The position numbers and the translations under genes are program-made. From the human T2T-CHM13v2.0 reference genome, Homo sapiens, in the NCBI RefSeq assembly GCF_009914755.1, contig NC_060928.1: 64,000 nt of DNA; one strand, given 5' to 3'. Shown piece by piece: positions 41,775 through 57,292 of this stretch. The notes below the pieces were generated by a model. It ran no database searches, was not told where the DNA came from, and worked only from the letters and a program-made list of their open reading frames with translations. Positions within the stretch are counted from its first letter, which is position 1. Every line of letters begins with the position of its first letter.

Positions 41775-41935
41775 TAGTAGAAAAAACACTACAGTGGGAG
41801 TTGACTAACAAGAATTCTGTCTTATGTCACACAGTGTCACGTAATTGTTTGTACACTGGATAAATCTCTTAAGCTTGCTAGATCTCAATTTACTCATCTG
41901 TAAAGTAAAGCAAGTTGAACCTAGAAATCTTCTAT
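41775..41935 (+). mobile_element. MIR fragment
   Basis: Core ...GATCTCAATTTACTCATCTGTAAAGT. Confidence 0.65.
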
Positions 41936-44782
41936 GTATGTCAAGGTGAATTTCCTTTTTACTAGCCTATTGCCTTTTATTTTGTAAACCAACATATATG
42001 AGAAATATAACAAAAGTCTTTAAAATGAACCTTTAATAATTATTTAATAATAATAATTGAAATAAAATCATGGCAGAAATGGGTCATCATATTTGGCTCC
42101 TTGACTAGGGCCTTGTCTTTCTTCATTATTCTTTTTTCTCTGCTTTGATGCTGTTAGAATGTGTGTGTATGTGCACGCCTGTGTGTGGTCCCACTTCGGC
42201 TGACAGGTGTGCTTAGCTTCTTGGATTTCTTCACAAGATCCAGTGTGTTTGCTTGCACCAGTGCTTTCATTAGTTCTTAGTGATGATTTCTTCTAATCTT
42301 CCAACGTCTTCCTTCTAGAGCTTGATTTCCCCAGTAAGCTCCTACATGTATCTGTAGTGTAATTTCTTTCATAAATTCTGAAAAATCCCTTACTCCATGG
42401 CTCTGTTCTCTTTGCTGAAAACTGGAGGATACAATGGCAGTAGGTAACATGTTAACCAGCAATTACAGTCTTTAACTTTTTTTGCATTATCTTTAGTCTC
42501 TAACTTCAATCTCTTTATTGCTATTTGACTTTGAACTTCCTTGATATACTGAATAAATGCAGAATAAATGCAGGATGACTGCAGATCCATATACCTATTC
42601 TTTACCAGGCAGAACACAGAGTCTTGACAACTGCTTCCTGCTGAAAACAGTTCTTTGTCCATTCTACAAATAAGAAAATAGAATTAGGGGAGAAATAGAA
42701 ATGTTTCTGGGCTGATCTCATTCTAAGACCATTTCCAAAACTGTCCCTAAGGAGAGGAAAGAGGCAGAAAAAAAAATGGCTATGAGGTGCAACTCCAGCA
42801 ATTGTCCTTGAGATCTCTACACATTTTTACATTGATCCTTTCTTTTCTAAGGAAAATTAAGATGAAATGCAGAAAAGAATTAAAAAAAAACTAAAAAGTA
42901 GGCATGAAGGGAATATTTTGCTACTGAAAATCAGTACAAATATATGTAAAACACATTTAAGAATAAAACTAAATCTGTATTTTGATTTTTGATTGAAAAT
43001 AGATTTCAAATTGTTGAATGACACAAAGACATAATCACTGGTAACTGTGAGGGACGATCTGACTGTTAACTGCTTTGAAAGGCACTCTTTGACCCCTGTG
43101 TCCTACTGGTTTTTTTAGCCCATTTCTAAATGGCAATGCCCTATCAAATGCTCAGATGCAAAATCTAGAGTTCAAATAATTGTCAGCACTCATCTGGACT
43201 CTTTTTTATTCCATCTTACATTTCTAAATCACATTTATTTCATAACGTTAAACTCAAGCCAGATGAAATCCCTTGACAAAGGAATCGAACAAGTCCAAAT
43301 TGATCTCTTAAGTAGATCAATAGAAACTTAACTGAAATGGATTGGGGATTTTATCAGACTTGACGTAGTAGTACACTAATAAGATCACTTCCAATTCACA
43401 CATATAGAACTAAATTTTCAGCACAAATTGATCTGATTACTAAGGATGAATGGTCATCTTTAATAATGGATTAAGGCGGTAAAGATTTCTTTTTTTAATA
43501 CAAAAATGCTTTTTTTAAAAAACTCTTGGAGATTGCTTTAACTTTTATTTTTATACCGAATTGTATTTGCTTCTTACATGGTTTGACTTACAGGTTTGAC
43601 TTTAGAAACGTTTTAATTTTTGTAATTTTATCTTCTTTTTTAAGTCAGAAATATCTTCTGAAGTGTTTTCAAAAGAACAGTTTGTTAATAGCCAGAAAAG
43701 CCATTATGATACAATGTACTGCTCCAATAAACCGTAACATCTCTAAAAGCTGTTTGTAAAATAATGCAAATAATAGTTAGTAAACCTGTCAATGTGACAG
43801 AGAATTGCCTGTTTGAAATGTTTGCTTTGTCCATTCTGTGACTATTAACTTGATAATTTAGATACATGATACTTAGGAGATCTGTCACGTTAGAATTTAC
43901 TAAAATTCCTCATAAAATTTATGCATAAAAGTTTGCTGATAAATCTTCCACTGGATTGGCTTAAAAACTTAACACAGTGATGAATAAAGACTGAAGATTA
44001 TATTTCTCTAAGAAACAAAAGCCCTTATCTACCTTCCAATCCACTTGAACTATTAGAAGACTCGTTTATCCTAACATCCATCTCTTCATTTCAACATGGA
44101 GTGACTAGCTTCTGCATTTCTCTCCAGTGTTGGCTATAGAATGCTCAGAACAAGTTTCACTTTTCTACAACTAAGAGATTGTTTCAATAAAATGTTTTGA
44201 TCCTAGGATATCTTATTAACATTTTGCTAGTGAATGCATACTTTTTCTGGACCTTTCCTTCCTAAGATCATGCAATCTCTCTCTGTGTGTGTCTCTCTCT
44301 CTCTTTCTCTATCCTGTATCTCCTTCTTGAAGTCCTTTACTCTGCTGAGTCAATCTCTCTTCATTTTCCTTCCGTTAGATAAACAGACCCAAAAGCAAAT
44401 ATCTTCTCTGTGCCTAAGAAAATGTTCAAAATAAGCAGCCAAGGCTTGGAGAAAGGGCGTCTTGTTTTGCACTCTCCTTTCCTAACTGGTTGGTGTACTC
44501 TGAATTAGAAATCCTCAAACATATTCATACTTCAGTAAGGGAATAACAACATAGGACACATAGGCAGACTTCTTTGCTTCCAGTTTCTTAGGTGTGCTGA
44601 GTCCAGATTTCTGGACTCCATCTAAAATGGTCTCCATCTTTATGTTTCAGGATAACTCATAAGAGTTATGCATTGGAGTATTCCTAAAGACCTAGAAATT
44701 CCTGTAGTATCTTTTCCCTTGTGTTACCTTTTCTGTTCATTTTTACCAAGAACTACAAAAATAGCTGATTTGTCTGGTGTAG

Positions 44783-44850
44783 ATTTTGGATATTTATGGA
44801 TCACTAGGACCATACCATTTTGGATATTTGTGGATCACTAGGACCATACC
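44783..44850. repeat. 34-bp direct tandem duplication
   Basis: ATTTTGGATATTT(A/G)TGGATCACTAGGACCATACC twice, with one mismatch. Confidence 0.95.
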
Positions 44851-45779
44851 ACCATAAGGTCGAACTAACATCTTTCAACATGAGAACTATGCTAAATATA
44901 TAAGTAAACAAGGTATTATATAGACACTCAAAGGACTTGGAATTATCCCTGTCTTCCCTGATGTCATTCTCCCATAGTTTTTCTCTTTACTCTTTACTTT
45001 TTCTTACGTTGTTTTCCAAAATAATTTTATTCTATTATTATTACTATAAAAGTAATAATGTTGTTATTGTGAAATAAATATTTGAAAGATCTGAAAAACT
45101 ACAAGAATAAAATTTAAAAACTCATATATAATCTCATAAGCCAAAAACAATCATTATTTATGTTTTAGAAAGAACCTAGTGTATATTCAAGTCCAAAAGT
45201 TCTGGAACTAAATAGTTAAATAGGAAATCTCTTTCTACTTCTAGACCAAAGGCCAAATAGTAGTCACATGTTCTGTCTATTCAAACCAAGATAAGGCCAC
45301 CTTTTCCAAAAGGAGCAGACAAAAGATTCAAGAGATTTAACAGAATAGTTATCTCCGATTTTTATTAAGCTATAACTGGTCTTATCCTCGTTTCACTCAC
45401 CCATCCTACCTGGCTATGTGGGAGGGAATCCAAAAGGGAGAGAGAAAGTAAATACAAATGGCCTTAGCATCTCTAAGAAAGAGCATGATCCAGGCCACCA
45501 ATAGTACCAGACCACTCTAGCTCAGCACAGAGAAAGTCCTGCCCATTTACAAGTGGATGACAATGCGTTTTTGCCTTTGAACAATATACATCTCCTACAG
45601 TCTCATTTAAGTGAAATATTTCCATCACTCCTTGAGTAACGATTCAAGAGGTTGTGTGAGGAGACAGAATTTCAACTCTCTTAAGGGGCTAACACCATGA
45701 TATATAAGAAATGACATGAGTATAGATGGTTCAAATGGAGTAGTGGTGGAAATTACTTAATCTGAGATAGCTGAGGGAA

Positions 45780-46188
45780 TGAGAGATGAGTGTTGTTATT
45801 TACTGTAAGGTTAAATATTATTATTTCCCTTCTTGTAATGTCCCTCTGAGAGTGATGTTTCCACATCCTCACGCTGTTGAACTTGGGAGTAGGTATGCTA
45901 CTTGTTTGGGCCCATGATATGTTCATGAAGTGATGTGAGTTGATGAGAGGCAAAAGTTTTAAGAGCCTATGTGTGGTCTTTCATGTCTCTTTTCTCTCTT
46001 CAGTGACACAATTCCAGAGAGAGAAGGCTCCATTACCCTGAGTTCTACAGGGAAAGCAACAAGGAGTAGAGCCAGAGCTAATAAGTGAGGACATTAGCAT
46101 GAGAGAAATAAATAGTTATCATTATAAATCAATAGAATTTTTGAGTCATTTATTGTTGTAGTATGACATAGCCTATTCTGATGGATAT
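45780..46188 (+). mobile_element. Old MLT1 (MLT1I/J-like) MaLR LTR
   Basis: AAGTTTTAAGAGCC..GTGTGGT, AGCATGAGAGAAATAAA and the 3' end ACATAGCCTATTCTGATGGATATA. Left boundary is uncertain. Confidence 0.65.
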
Positions 46189-48667
46189 AAGCCAGATGCC
46201 AAAGCTTTCACAAATTGATGGAGGACATAGCAGATGACACCAGCAAGTAGTGGCAAGCATACTACAGTTATAAGGACTGAGCCACAAAAGAGATTTGTTT
46301 TTATGAAAGGGTGAAAGGTAAAACTTCTTAAAGCTGCATAAATTCAGATTTTTTTTACTATATGTATGATTTTGATTTATACATTCTTTATTTTTACTTA
46401 ACATAATACTGTGAGCATTTTTCATGTTTTAAACATTTTTGGAAAGTATCATTTTTAGTGTCTATATGCTATCCCGTTTATTTACTTATCGTATCATTGG
46501 CAGTTAGCTTGTCTCCTATTTGTCATTGTCAATGAAACTGTAAAAATTATCTTCATTCTAATATTCAAATTTTGAGTATAAAATTTTACAACCTTAGTTG
46601 GCTATTCATGTTTTTAAAATCTTTTCTGTATTCTCCTTTGTATTACTATATAGCTCCTTTTATGCACATATCATGTTTATTATTTCCCCTTAATATCCCT
46701 TGATATTTCCTCCAGTAAATTACACAAAGCTAATACATAATAATTATAACTAGTCAACAAACCAAAGTGTGCTATGAACAAACTTTAACTCTTATAAAGA
46801 AAACTGAAAGAATTGTGGAATGATTTCTGGACTGTACTTGCAGCACAGGTGATCTAACTGTATCAGCCTTACTTTGTATTTAGAGGAGGGCTAATTCTAG
46901 CATGCGAACTGAGTTTTATGGTGCATTTGATATAGATGGCTAGGCTCTCATCAGAGTTTAGAAGACAATTTAAGGAAAGGGGCAAAAGTCAATATTTTAA
47001 TATATCCAGATTCCTATTTTCTTCCTTATTGAAGAAGTAAAAGCTATCAAATACAATAGGATTTTGTAAAATCAAAATTGTAACTGATTTAGTTATAAAA
47101 CAGGACATTACTGGGAATAAAAGAAAAACTAAAGTCTTTCTAATTAGTCATCCATAGATGATACACAATCTAGATAATTCTGAAAGGAGGTGAAGAGAGA
47201 GAACTCAGCTTCACTCAAATTATCTTGTATGCAATACAATTAGAAAATTTATCAAATATAATGGATGTACAGGATATAATGGGGGGAGTTAAAACTGATA
47301 ACCAAATCTCTTACTTGAGCCATAAGTAAAATGGTAATGCCAATCCCTCAGACAGAGAAAACCAAGTTAGGTACTGAGTCAAGAGGAAAGCCTCTTGTAG
47401 ACATGGACATGTGAAAAAAATGTGAGGCCAGAGTATTTAGAGTGTTTAATATGTGTTTCTCCATTTGCTAATGTGGTGGTAACTTGCTACACTTAACAGC
47501 CTGGTTGGTGCAGTATCTAATCCTACTCATTAGCTAGTTATATCCTGTGACATAAACTTACAGAAGAAGAGAAAAGCAGTGGAGAAGTAGGAAAATGTTT
47601 ATCAAGGCAGTAAAGTAGTGAAAATAAATGCTTACACAATAACATGCTTTAACTCATTTGGAGTAAGTGCTGGCTATTAAATATAGTCAAAACAGATACC
47701 ATGCTGTGAATTACAGGGTCTTAAACATCTCCTTCACTGATATTTGACTTGTTAGATTGTAATGGTGGGTGGAGAGAGGAGTATCACAATAAATAATAGA
47801 AGACAAATTCTAGGCCTGTCAGCAATGATTTCTTATGTGTTATTTTCACTTAAACACTGAAGGAAATGACAAAGGCATAAATAGAATGAAAGCCAACTTA
47901 ATGAAGTCTTTTTTATACAGTTCAGCAACACTGAATCTAAACCAGACAAGAAAATTTCAGCACTTAAGTCAGACCCCAGTACTCATTTGCCAGGATCAAA
48001 ACTGAGATGCGCTTCTGGAATTGTCGTAGAGTGAGTTAAAAAGGTTAATGTGTTCATGTCATCTAATTTTTGCATTTTTTCAACTTGGTGGTGCCTGCAA
48101 AATCTGTGTAGAATTATAAGGTTTACTCTGTAGTTGAAGATGTGCTGTAGATTAGTGACTAGTCACTGCAGAGTATTGAGCACAGCAATAAATCTAAAAT
48201 TAAAAAAAAAAACTATGAACCTTCAAAGGTTAAGAGGCCTCCAGTACAAGCTAGTCTACCTTTTAGCTTCTAAAGATACTTATATCTGAACTGCAATTGA
48301 CCAAAATTTACATTGTCATTGCAAAATCAAAACAAGTCAAAGATTGTGCTGTGTTAATCTTCCACACACTGATAGCTGTCTGTGAACAAAAGTTGCTTCA
48401 AGAAAGCCAATTGGTATTGGATTAATCCATTCATTTAACCATTTTATTGATGATCTATTTCATGTCAGACACCACGTCATGTACTACTATAATCCAAATA
48501 TGGAGTGCATCTTCCTTCCCTCTCTGTCTTAAGGACCTAGGTATATGGCTTGAATCATAAATTCTAAAATAGTAGAAAAGCCAAAGCCTTCTTGTATAGC
48601 CTTACTTTTTCTTGGTGCCATCTACTTCCAGACCTATTCATAAAGAAAGTTTAGTTCCTTTAATAGT

Positions 48668-48668
<1 letters not shown>

Positions 48669-48729
<61 letters not shown>

Positions 48730-48740
48730 TACACACATAC
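48669..48740. repeat. (CA)n microsatellite
   Basis: Directly visible imperfect CA run. Confidence 0.95.
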
Positions 48741-49034
48741 TCCTGCCTATTCTCAAGTTCAGTAATGCCATTAAAAATGTAGTACTCACAAATATAGAAT
48801 CATATGGCAAAATGCATAGCCTTCTCCCATTTCTCCAGGTCTCTGCTTATACCTCTTTCCTCTTCTCCAATCTCTGTCATGTCTCAAAGCCAAAATAAAT
48901 GTTTTCCTACTTTTATACCAAATTATTTCCTACTTTTAGACATCTGTGTAATATTTCATTGGAATGTTCTAACTCAAAACTAAGTCCTCTTTCTGGTTCA
49001 TGGTACCCAATAATATCTCCAGTTGCTAGAAAAG

Positions 49035-49238
49035 GATTGTTCAACAGAATTTTCTGTAATAACGGAAGCATTCTATATTCATATTGTCCATAGACTAGCC
49101 ACTGATCATTTGTGGCTGTTGAGCATTTGAAATGTGGCTAGTGTAACTGAGGACTGACTTTTCAACTTTCTGAAATTTTAATTAATTTAAATTTAAAGAG
49201 CTACATGTGGCTAGTGGTTACTATTTAGGACAACACCA
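49035..49238. mobile_element. MER3 (hAT-Charlie) DNA transposon
   Basis: CTAGCCAC...GTGGCTGTTGAGCATTTGAAATGTGGCTAGTGTAACTGAGG...CTACATGTGGCTAGTGG. Confidence 0.82.
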
Positions 49239-50140
49239 CTTCATACAAAGTAATTTCTACTAGACCTTCAAGTACTTGCTTAATAATCAGAGCTTATTTG
49301 CAACCATGTCACCAAGCATATCTTCGTAGGCCTCATTTTCTTCATATTAAATATTTCAGTCTTTTAACAAAAGCCACAAAGAACTGAATTATCAAACCAA
49401 ACTCATGTGAATCAGAGATTTTACCCAGTATCAGGCTTTCCTAATAATTTTGAGTTTAAAGTAATCCATGGCACAGGCAAAGCAAAGAGAAGTCCAGATC
49501 CCCTAGTTTAGCTGTCCTGATGTCTTCTCACCAGATCAGAATACTTCCTGGCCCTGATTAACTTAGGTAATCTCTAATAACATATGCAACAACACTACTT
49601 ACATAGAAGACATATCTTTTATCATGCATTATCTCCATTTTATACTGAAATAGCTTTCATAAATTTCCTAGAAAGTCTTGGCCACACATCCATAGATTTC
49701 ATTCCTAACAATTGACAGTTTGCCATAAGCAATCATTGACAGACCAGGTGCATCTGCTCAAAGCATTCCCTGAATAAAGGCTTTCCCATTACTAAATAGA
49801 GTTAGTATGTTTCTCCATAGATCTGTAATTTGAATGTGTATAAGAAGACTCAACTTGGTGGCTTTTGTTCTTTCTTGGGGGCATTTTCTAGGCAAAGAAA
49901 GAAAATAGATTATACTGCTGCTTAACCATTTTTTTTCCTACTCAAGAAAGTGTGTGTTCATTTATGCTAAGTTATACATCTAATAGTTAGGCAGCTGTGG
50001 TGAGAATGTATTCCTGGTTAAGTGTCATTCAAAATGCAACTCCATGTTTGTGCTAAGGTCATCAATTCCAGAGAAATACTAAAAATAAAATATTAATATT
50101 GAATGCAGGTTACGTACACTATGCGCATCTATATTTTTGA

Positions 50141-50631
50141 TGTTGCAGAACAAGGCCTCTGGTGGCCTTACAACCCAGCTCTTCCTCCCTTTCTCACTTT
50201 AGAATAACTATAGAATGTGCTGGGAATATAACATCTTGGAATAAGGAGGAATTGACTAGAATAGCTTGGACTCTGTTCTCACCCTCCTAGAACAGGATGG
50301 ATGCTTGCAATGCTTTAGCTCAGCTAGTCAAGTTACCCCTGGGTATAAAACCCAGGGTAGAGTGCTTTACAGGGTCCCTCAGCTGTGGTGTGACATAGGG
50401 CCCATGCATATGAGGCTCCATCCACCCTGGGCAGTGTTCCTGAGCCTTAGGAGACTGGCTTACCATGGATTTTAGGCTTCTATTGTCCCTTGCTGCCCAT
50501 CTCTGAGTAATAAAATTGCTTCACTTGTGTGTTTCACTGGAATCATGTGGATTGATACCAGTGCATGTTATTAACAAAGTGTTTAGAGCCCTCCCCTACG
50601 ATTGATGCCAGTACACAGCGAACCTGCTTCA
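50141..50631 (+). mobile_element. ERVL solo LTR (LTR32-like)
   Basis: TGTTGCAGAAC start, AGAATGTGCTGGGAAT, TATAAAA at 50344, AATAAA at ~50509, ends GAACCTGCTTCA. Confidence 0.72.
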
Positions 50632-50633
50632 TA

Positions 50634-51200
<567 letters not shown>

Positions 51201-51795
51201 TGTGGAAGCTCAAGCCAACAGGATATATCTAGCAGGTATGCTGCTATTGGAACCTGAAGTCCACATGAGAATGCTGTTGGCAGTTTAAATTTGGATGAAC
51301 GTAGCCTTTAGGGAGCAGAGTTGAAACCACATTGGATAAAAACACACAAGGAAGATTGAGAGGGAGGAGAGCAACAGGAAACCAGCATTTTAGAGATATT
51401 TGGAAGTTGAGAAGCCTTCTACATTTACTGAAGAGGACTTATCAGAAATGAAAAATTGGGAGAGTTAGAGGAGTGTCTCAAGGGCCAGGAAAACAAAACA
51501 ATGTTTTTTACACTATGCTCCCCAAAGTCCCACTGGGGGTTACTACATTTTGTAACAGCAGAGAGGAGTGAATAGGTGAATAGATGTGGCTCCACATCTC
51601 TCACCAAAATCAGAGTAAGGGTGCTTTTATTGATCAGTTTCCACTTTTCCATAGAATTTTATTTAAATAAGCGGTTTTGTGATAAAATTACATTTAAATT
51701 TTGAGTAGAAAATTGGATGTAGAGTGAATAATGAATGTCACCTGGTCACTTGGCAGGAGCATACTGTGAATGTAGCCAAGAAGCTGCAGCTACTA

Positions 51796-52099
51796 GGCTG
51801 GGCACGGTGGCTCACGCCTGTAATCTCAGCACTTTGGGAGGCCAAGGCAAGCAGATTGCTTGAGGTCAGGAGTTCGGGACCAGCCTGGCCAAAATGGTGA
51901 AACCCCATCTCTACAAAAAATATTAAAAATTAGCCTGGTATGATGGCATGCACCTGTAATCCCAGCTATTCAGGAGGCTGAGGCAGGATAATCGCTTGAA
52001 CCTGGGAGGCGGAGGTTGCAGTGAGCCAAGATTGCGCCACTGTGCTCCAGCTTGGGCGACAAAGTGAGACTCTGTCTCAAAAAAAAAAAAAAAAAAAAA
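51796..52099 (+). mobile_element. Alu (AluS)
   Basis: Full Alu, poly-A tail, TSD core CAGCTACTA. Confidence 0.95.
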
Positions 52100-52958
52100 G
52101 AGATTCAGCTACTAATTATGTTCATCAATTCACATAATTAATGATATGCATTTTTGTTCTCTGTGGTCCCATGGCCTCTATACATTGCTATATGGTGGTG
52201 CTTTGCATATCTATCTTCATTTTTATTTACCTTCCCTGTATCCCCCCTAGACTGTGAATACACAAAAAATCTCTCCAGTGACTTTCATCTTTGTATTGCA
52301 AGTGTAAAAAGATGAAGAAAACTTTATTCACTAGACCTGATCTTAAGGAGAAAACTGCCTGATTTCAGGAAGAGAGACAAATCTCAAAAGCATGCTCAAA
52401 CAGAATAAGACGCTTACTGAACTACTTAGCAGGAGAAAAAGAGATAGTTTGCTTTGTTTCTCAGAAGAAAGAAGAAAAGGAAGAATGAATAAAGAATTAA
52501 GGGAGAAAATGGGTAGTGAAAGAGAAGGCAGGGCTTATGATGTGATTCTGTGACTCATACATTGTCAATAATGTTTCTACACATACAAATCATTTTCTTT
52601 AAATAACTGATAAAGCTTCTAAATTTTATATTGTGCTAATGTAGAGCAAAACACAGACAATGTGTATAGGGCAGGTATTTGGAGGAAGTCCCATGAAAAT
52701 GGACTATCTGGGAATTTGAAGAGATCATGAAGAGGCTTTGAACTTTCATAGGCCAAAGGTATTTGGAATAGGACTTTTTAGACTACCACTGGCTAGTAAA
52801 AAACTAATGTGAACCACAAAATGCAAGCCACATATGTAATTTTAAATGTTGTAGTTGTCACATATAGTTGTCTACATGACTCACCGTTATAGTCTTCACA
52901 CTTGAATGAGTTTCTTTCTAATATGCTTTGTCTTAGTGGATAAACACCGCTATTTTTT

Positions 52959-53202
52959 TTCTTGTTTGTTTACTTTTTTATTTTTAATTTTATTTTACTT
53001 TAAGTTCTGGGATACATGTGCTGAACATGCAGATTTGTTACATAGGTATACATGTGCCATGGTGGTTTGCTGCACCTATCAACCCGTCATCTAGGTTTTA
53101 AGCCCTGCATGCATTAGGTATTTGTCCCAATTCTCTCCCTCCCTTTGCCCCCTACTCCCCGACAGGCCCCAGCATGTGACGTTCCCCTCCCTGTGTCTGT
53201 GG
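52959..53202 (-). mobile_element. Short L1PA (L1PA7/8-like) 3' end
   Basis: TTTAAGTTCTGGGATACATGTGC...CCCTGTGTC. TSD AACACCGCTATTTTTT / AACACCTCTATTCTTT. Confidence 0.9.
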
Positions 53203-53321
53203 AACACCTCTATTCTTTAAGTAAATTAAATACCTGGGAATATTTTACTGTCTCCCTCACTCATCCCACACCATCTTCATAAATTAATAAATTATCCCAA
53301 ATACTTTTTACATTTACTCCC

Positions 53322-53799
53322 TGTGATAGACACAATAATGGCCCACCAAAGATGTCCACATCCTAATCCCTCAAGCCTGTGAAAGTGTTTTCTTAGGTGA
53401 CAAAAAAACACTTTGCAGATGTGATTAAATTGAAGCTCTTGGGATAAGAAGATTGTTCTGGATTATCTCAATGAGCCAAACCCAATATAATCAGAAGGAT
53501 CTTTGTAAAAGGAAGGTAGAAGGATCACAGTCAGAGAAGATGTGACAACAGAGAAAGAAGCCAGAGGGACTCAAGGAAGAGGCCTTAAGCCAAGGAATGC
53601 AGGAACACTGGAAAAGGCAAAGAAATAATTCCCTTCCCCAGAGTAATAAGAAGAAACACAGCTCTGCTGATACCTCGATTTTAGCCCCATAGATCCATTT
53701 CAGACTTCTGACTTCCAGAACTGTAAAATATAAGTTTATGCTGTTTTAAGCCACTAAGTGTGTGGTAATTTATTTTAGTAGCTATAGGCAACCAATACG
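53322..53799 (+). mobile_element. MLT1C/D-like MaLR solo LTR
   Basis: AAAGATGTCCACATCCTAATCCC...CTTTGCAGATGTGATTAA...TTTTAAGCCACTAAG...CAACCAATAC. Confidence 0.85.
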
Positions 53800-53851
53800 T
53801 CCCCTCATTACAGTCTCTATGTCCACAGACTGGGTTTGGTGCTTATCATGT

Positions 53852-54541
53852 TGTAACCACCCAATGGGTTCGCCTTGCCCACTGCCTATGGAGAACCGAT
53901 TTATCAAGACAGTGGAATTGCAATACAGAAAGAGTAATTCACTCAGAGCTGGCCGTACAGGAGACTGGAGTTTCATTATTATTACTCAAATTAGTTTCTC
54001 TGAGCATTAGGGGATCAGAGTTATTAAAAATAATTTGGTGGGTAGAGGAAGGCCAGTGAGTCGAGGGTGCTGATTGTTTGGGTAGGAGATGAAATCATAG
54101 GGAATTGAAGCTGTCCTCTTGCACTGAGTCAGTTCCTGAGTGGGGACCACAGATCAGATGAGCCAGTTTATCAATCTGGGTGGTCCCACCTTATCCATCA
54201 AGTGCAGAGTCTGCAAAATATCTCAAACGCTGATTTTAGGAGCAGTTTAGGGAGAGTCAGAGTCTTGTAGGCTCTAGCTGCATGACTTCTAAACTATAAT
54301 TTCTAATCTTGTGGCTAATTTGTTAGTCCTACAAAGGCAGTCTAGTCCGCAGGCAAGAAGGAGGTTTTGGGTAAGGCCTGTTATTTTCTTTGTTTTAAAC
54401 TATAAACTAAGTTCCTCCCAAAGTTAGTTCAACCTACACCTAGGAGTGAACAAGGACAGTTTGGATGTTAGAAGCAAGATGGAGTAGGTTAGGTCCGCTC
54501 CCTTTCACAGTCTCAGTTATAATTTTGCAATGCCAGTTTCA
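53852..54541 (-). mobile_element. LTR8-family solo LTR
   Basis: TGTAACCACCCAATGGGTTC...TTTTGCAATGCCAGTTTCA. Perfect 4-bp TSD ATGT. Confidence 0.9.
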
Positions 54542-54545
54542 ATGT

Positions 54546-55147
54546 CTTGCCTAGAACAATTGCCACAAACCTCTTTATTGTCGCCCTTCTTATGTGTTGA
54601 TTCTCTATAATCTACTCTGTTCAAATACTCAGGGTTTTTGTAGAGATTTTCCTTGCTTGTCACCCAAAGGAATCATATACAGCTTCCTCACCAAGTCCTA
54701 TATGGCGCCATCTGACCTGGTCTTCGCCTGCGTCTGCAGCCTGTGTCTCTCTCCTCTGCCTCAAACACTGCTTAAGATCCCTGTGCACTTTGTATGATAT
54801 TTTCATTCTAAATTTGCATGTGTTGTGCCCAGCACATACAACAGCTGGAATGCTTTTCACAGTCCCAACCCTCCTATACCCCTTTGCCTGGTTAGCTCTT
54901 AATGCCTTGTTTTTAAATCATCCCTCTAGAATCTCATCTCTATGCTCCCTAGGTAGGATTAGGTATTACTATCATGCTGCCGCAATGCCCCATTCATGCC
55001 GCTATCAGGCCCTTAAAGCACTGTCTTATATCTGTTTACGGGTCTCTTTCATCAGGCTGTTAATTACTTGAGAAAAACTGCTTTATGTTTGAATGCACAA
55101 CACTCAATCTGGGACACAGTAGTTGTTTTTTGTTTGTTGAATGAGTT
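54546..55147 (+). mobile_element. L2 fragment(s)
   Basis: GCTGGAATGCTTTTC and terminal TTTGTTGAATGAG, typical of L2. Confidence 0.55.
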
Positions 55148-55637
55148 AAATTATTGAATTAAAGTATGTAATATAGTACATCTATAAAAAAGTTCAGTTT
55201 CTAGGAAAAAGGAAATTCTTTAACAGTAAATTATAATAATGTTAAGAAACAGTAAGAAAAACATGTCATCAGTAAAAGAAAAGTTAATGCATGTTATAAA
55301 ACATCATAACTTATTTAGTTATTGATAATCTGGAAAATCCATTTATAACAGGAAATGTTGTATAAAGCAAATCAGGGTTTCAATGGTAAATTTCCAGTTT
55401 AAAAATACAAATTATCATTGCATTTGTATAATGCAGATAAGAATCAGGTTTGATAAATGAGGGAAAACAATTTTATAGGATAAACCAATGATTTAAAATC
55501 TGTATTCATATTGAGATTCAATGAACATCTCTGGAAGGATCTTTCATTGCCACATTCGTTTTATTATATAGCTAAAAAGCTAATAGGCTCATCTCAAGGC
55601 TTCTTCTTGTAGCTCTATTTACTGAAGGGTTAAAGGT

Positions 55638-55993
<356 letters not shown>

Positions 55994-56684
55994 TTATTTG
56001 AAAATTACACTGCCTGGACACTGCAGATTATTAGGTTATAGATTCTGCTAGAAAAGCTCAGAAGTGAGAGAATCTGTTCTATACTTGTTCAGACCTAAAA
56101 AATAGTAGTAAATTCTCTGGACAGTGAAGCAGGGAATTGCAGTACTCTATAGGCGAGACAGATTTTTCTTGCTAACATGGAAAACTAACCATCCTTCTTC
56201 TTCTTCTTCTTCATTTTTTCCTCTCTCTTGTTTAAACCTCAGATGTATAAATAACTGAAGAAGCTGTGCTATTTTAAAACATGCACTGATGATTTTTCAT
56301 TGGTACATACATTTCTATCACAGCCCTTTAGTATCATTGTAATTTGCTATTTAATAACTCCCCTTTCTAAAAACTGATATTAATGGAATACATTATTGCA
56401 TTTAATTTGTTCAAAATTATTATTTTTTAATACTATTAAGCATTTCCTCAGTTCATGATCCTTCCTCTTGCTGAACCTGTGCAGCCCCTTGCCTGGTTTT
56501 GTTGCTGCTTTGTTTTTGTCGTTGTTATTTTCCTTCCCATGACCACAGCTCCATTCCACCTGCCTTCTAAATGTCCCTCTAAGAACTGCTTTAGCTAGAA
56601 GCTAAAAATGCTGGCTTGCTGTTTTTTCATTATCATCCTCTTCTAAGTATTTTGAAACTGTTTTTTCCTAACCTAAAGTTTTAA

Positions 56685-57292
<608 letters not shown>

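Noticed and set aside
50337-50357. 8-bp hairpin enclosing the TATA box (CCCTGGGT-ATAAA-ACCCAGGG)
   Set aside because: Appears to be largely a feature of the LTR family consensus rather than locus-specific.
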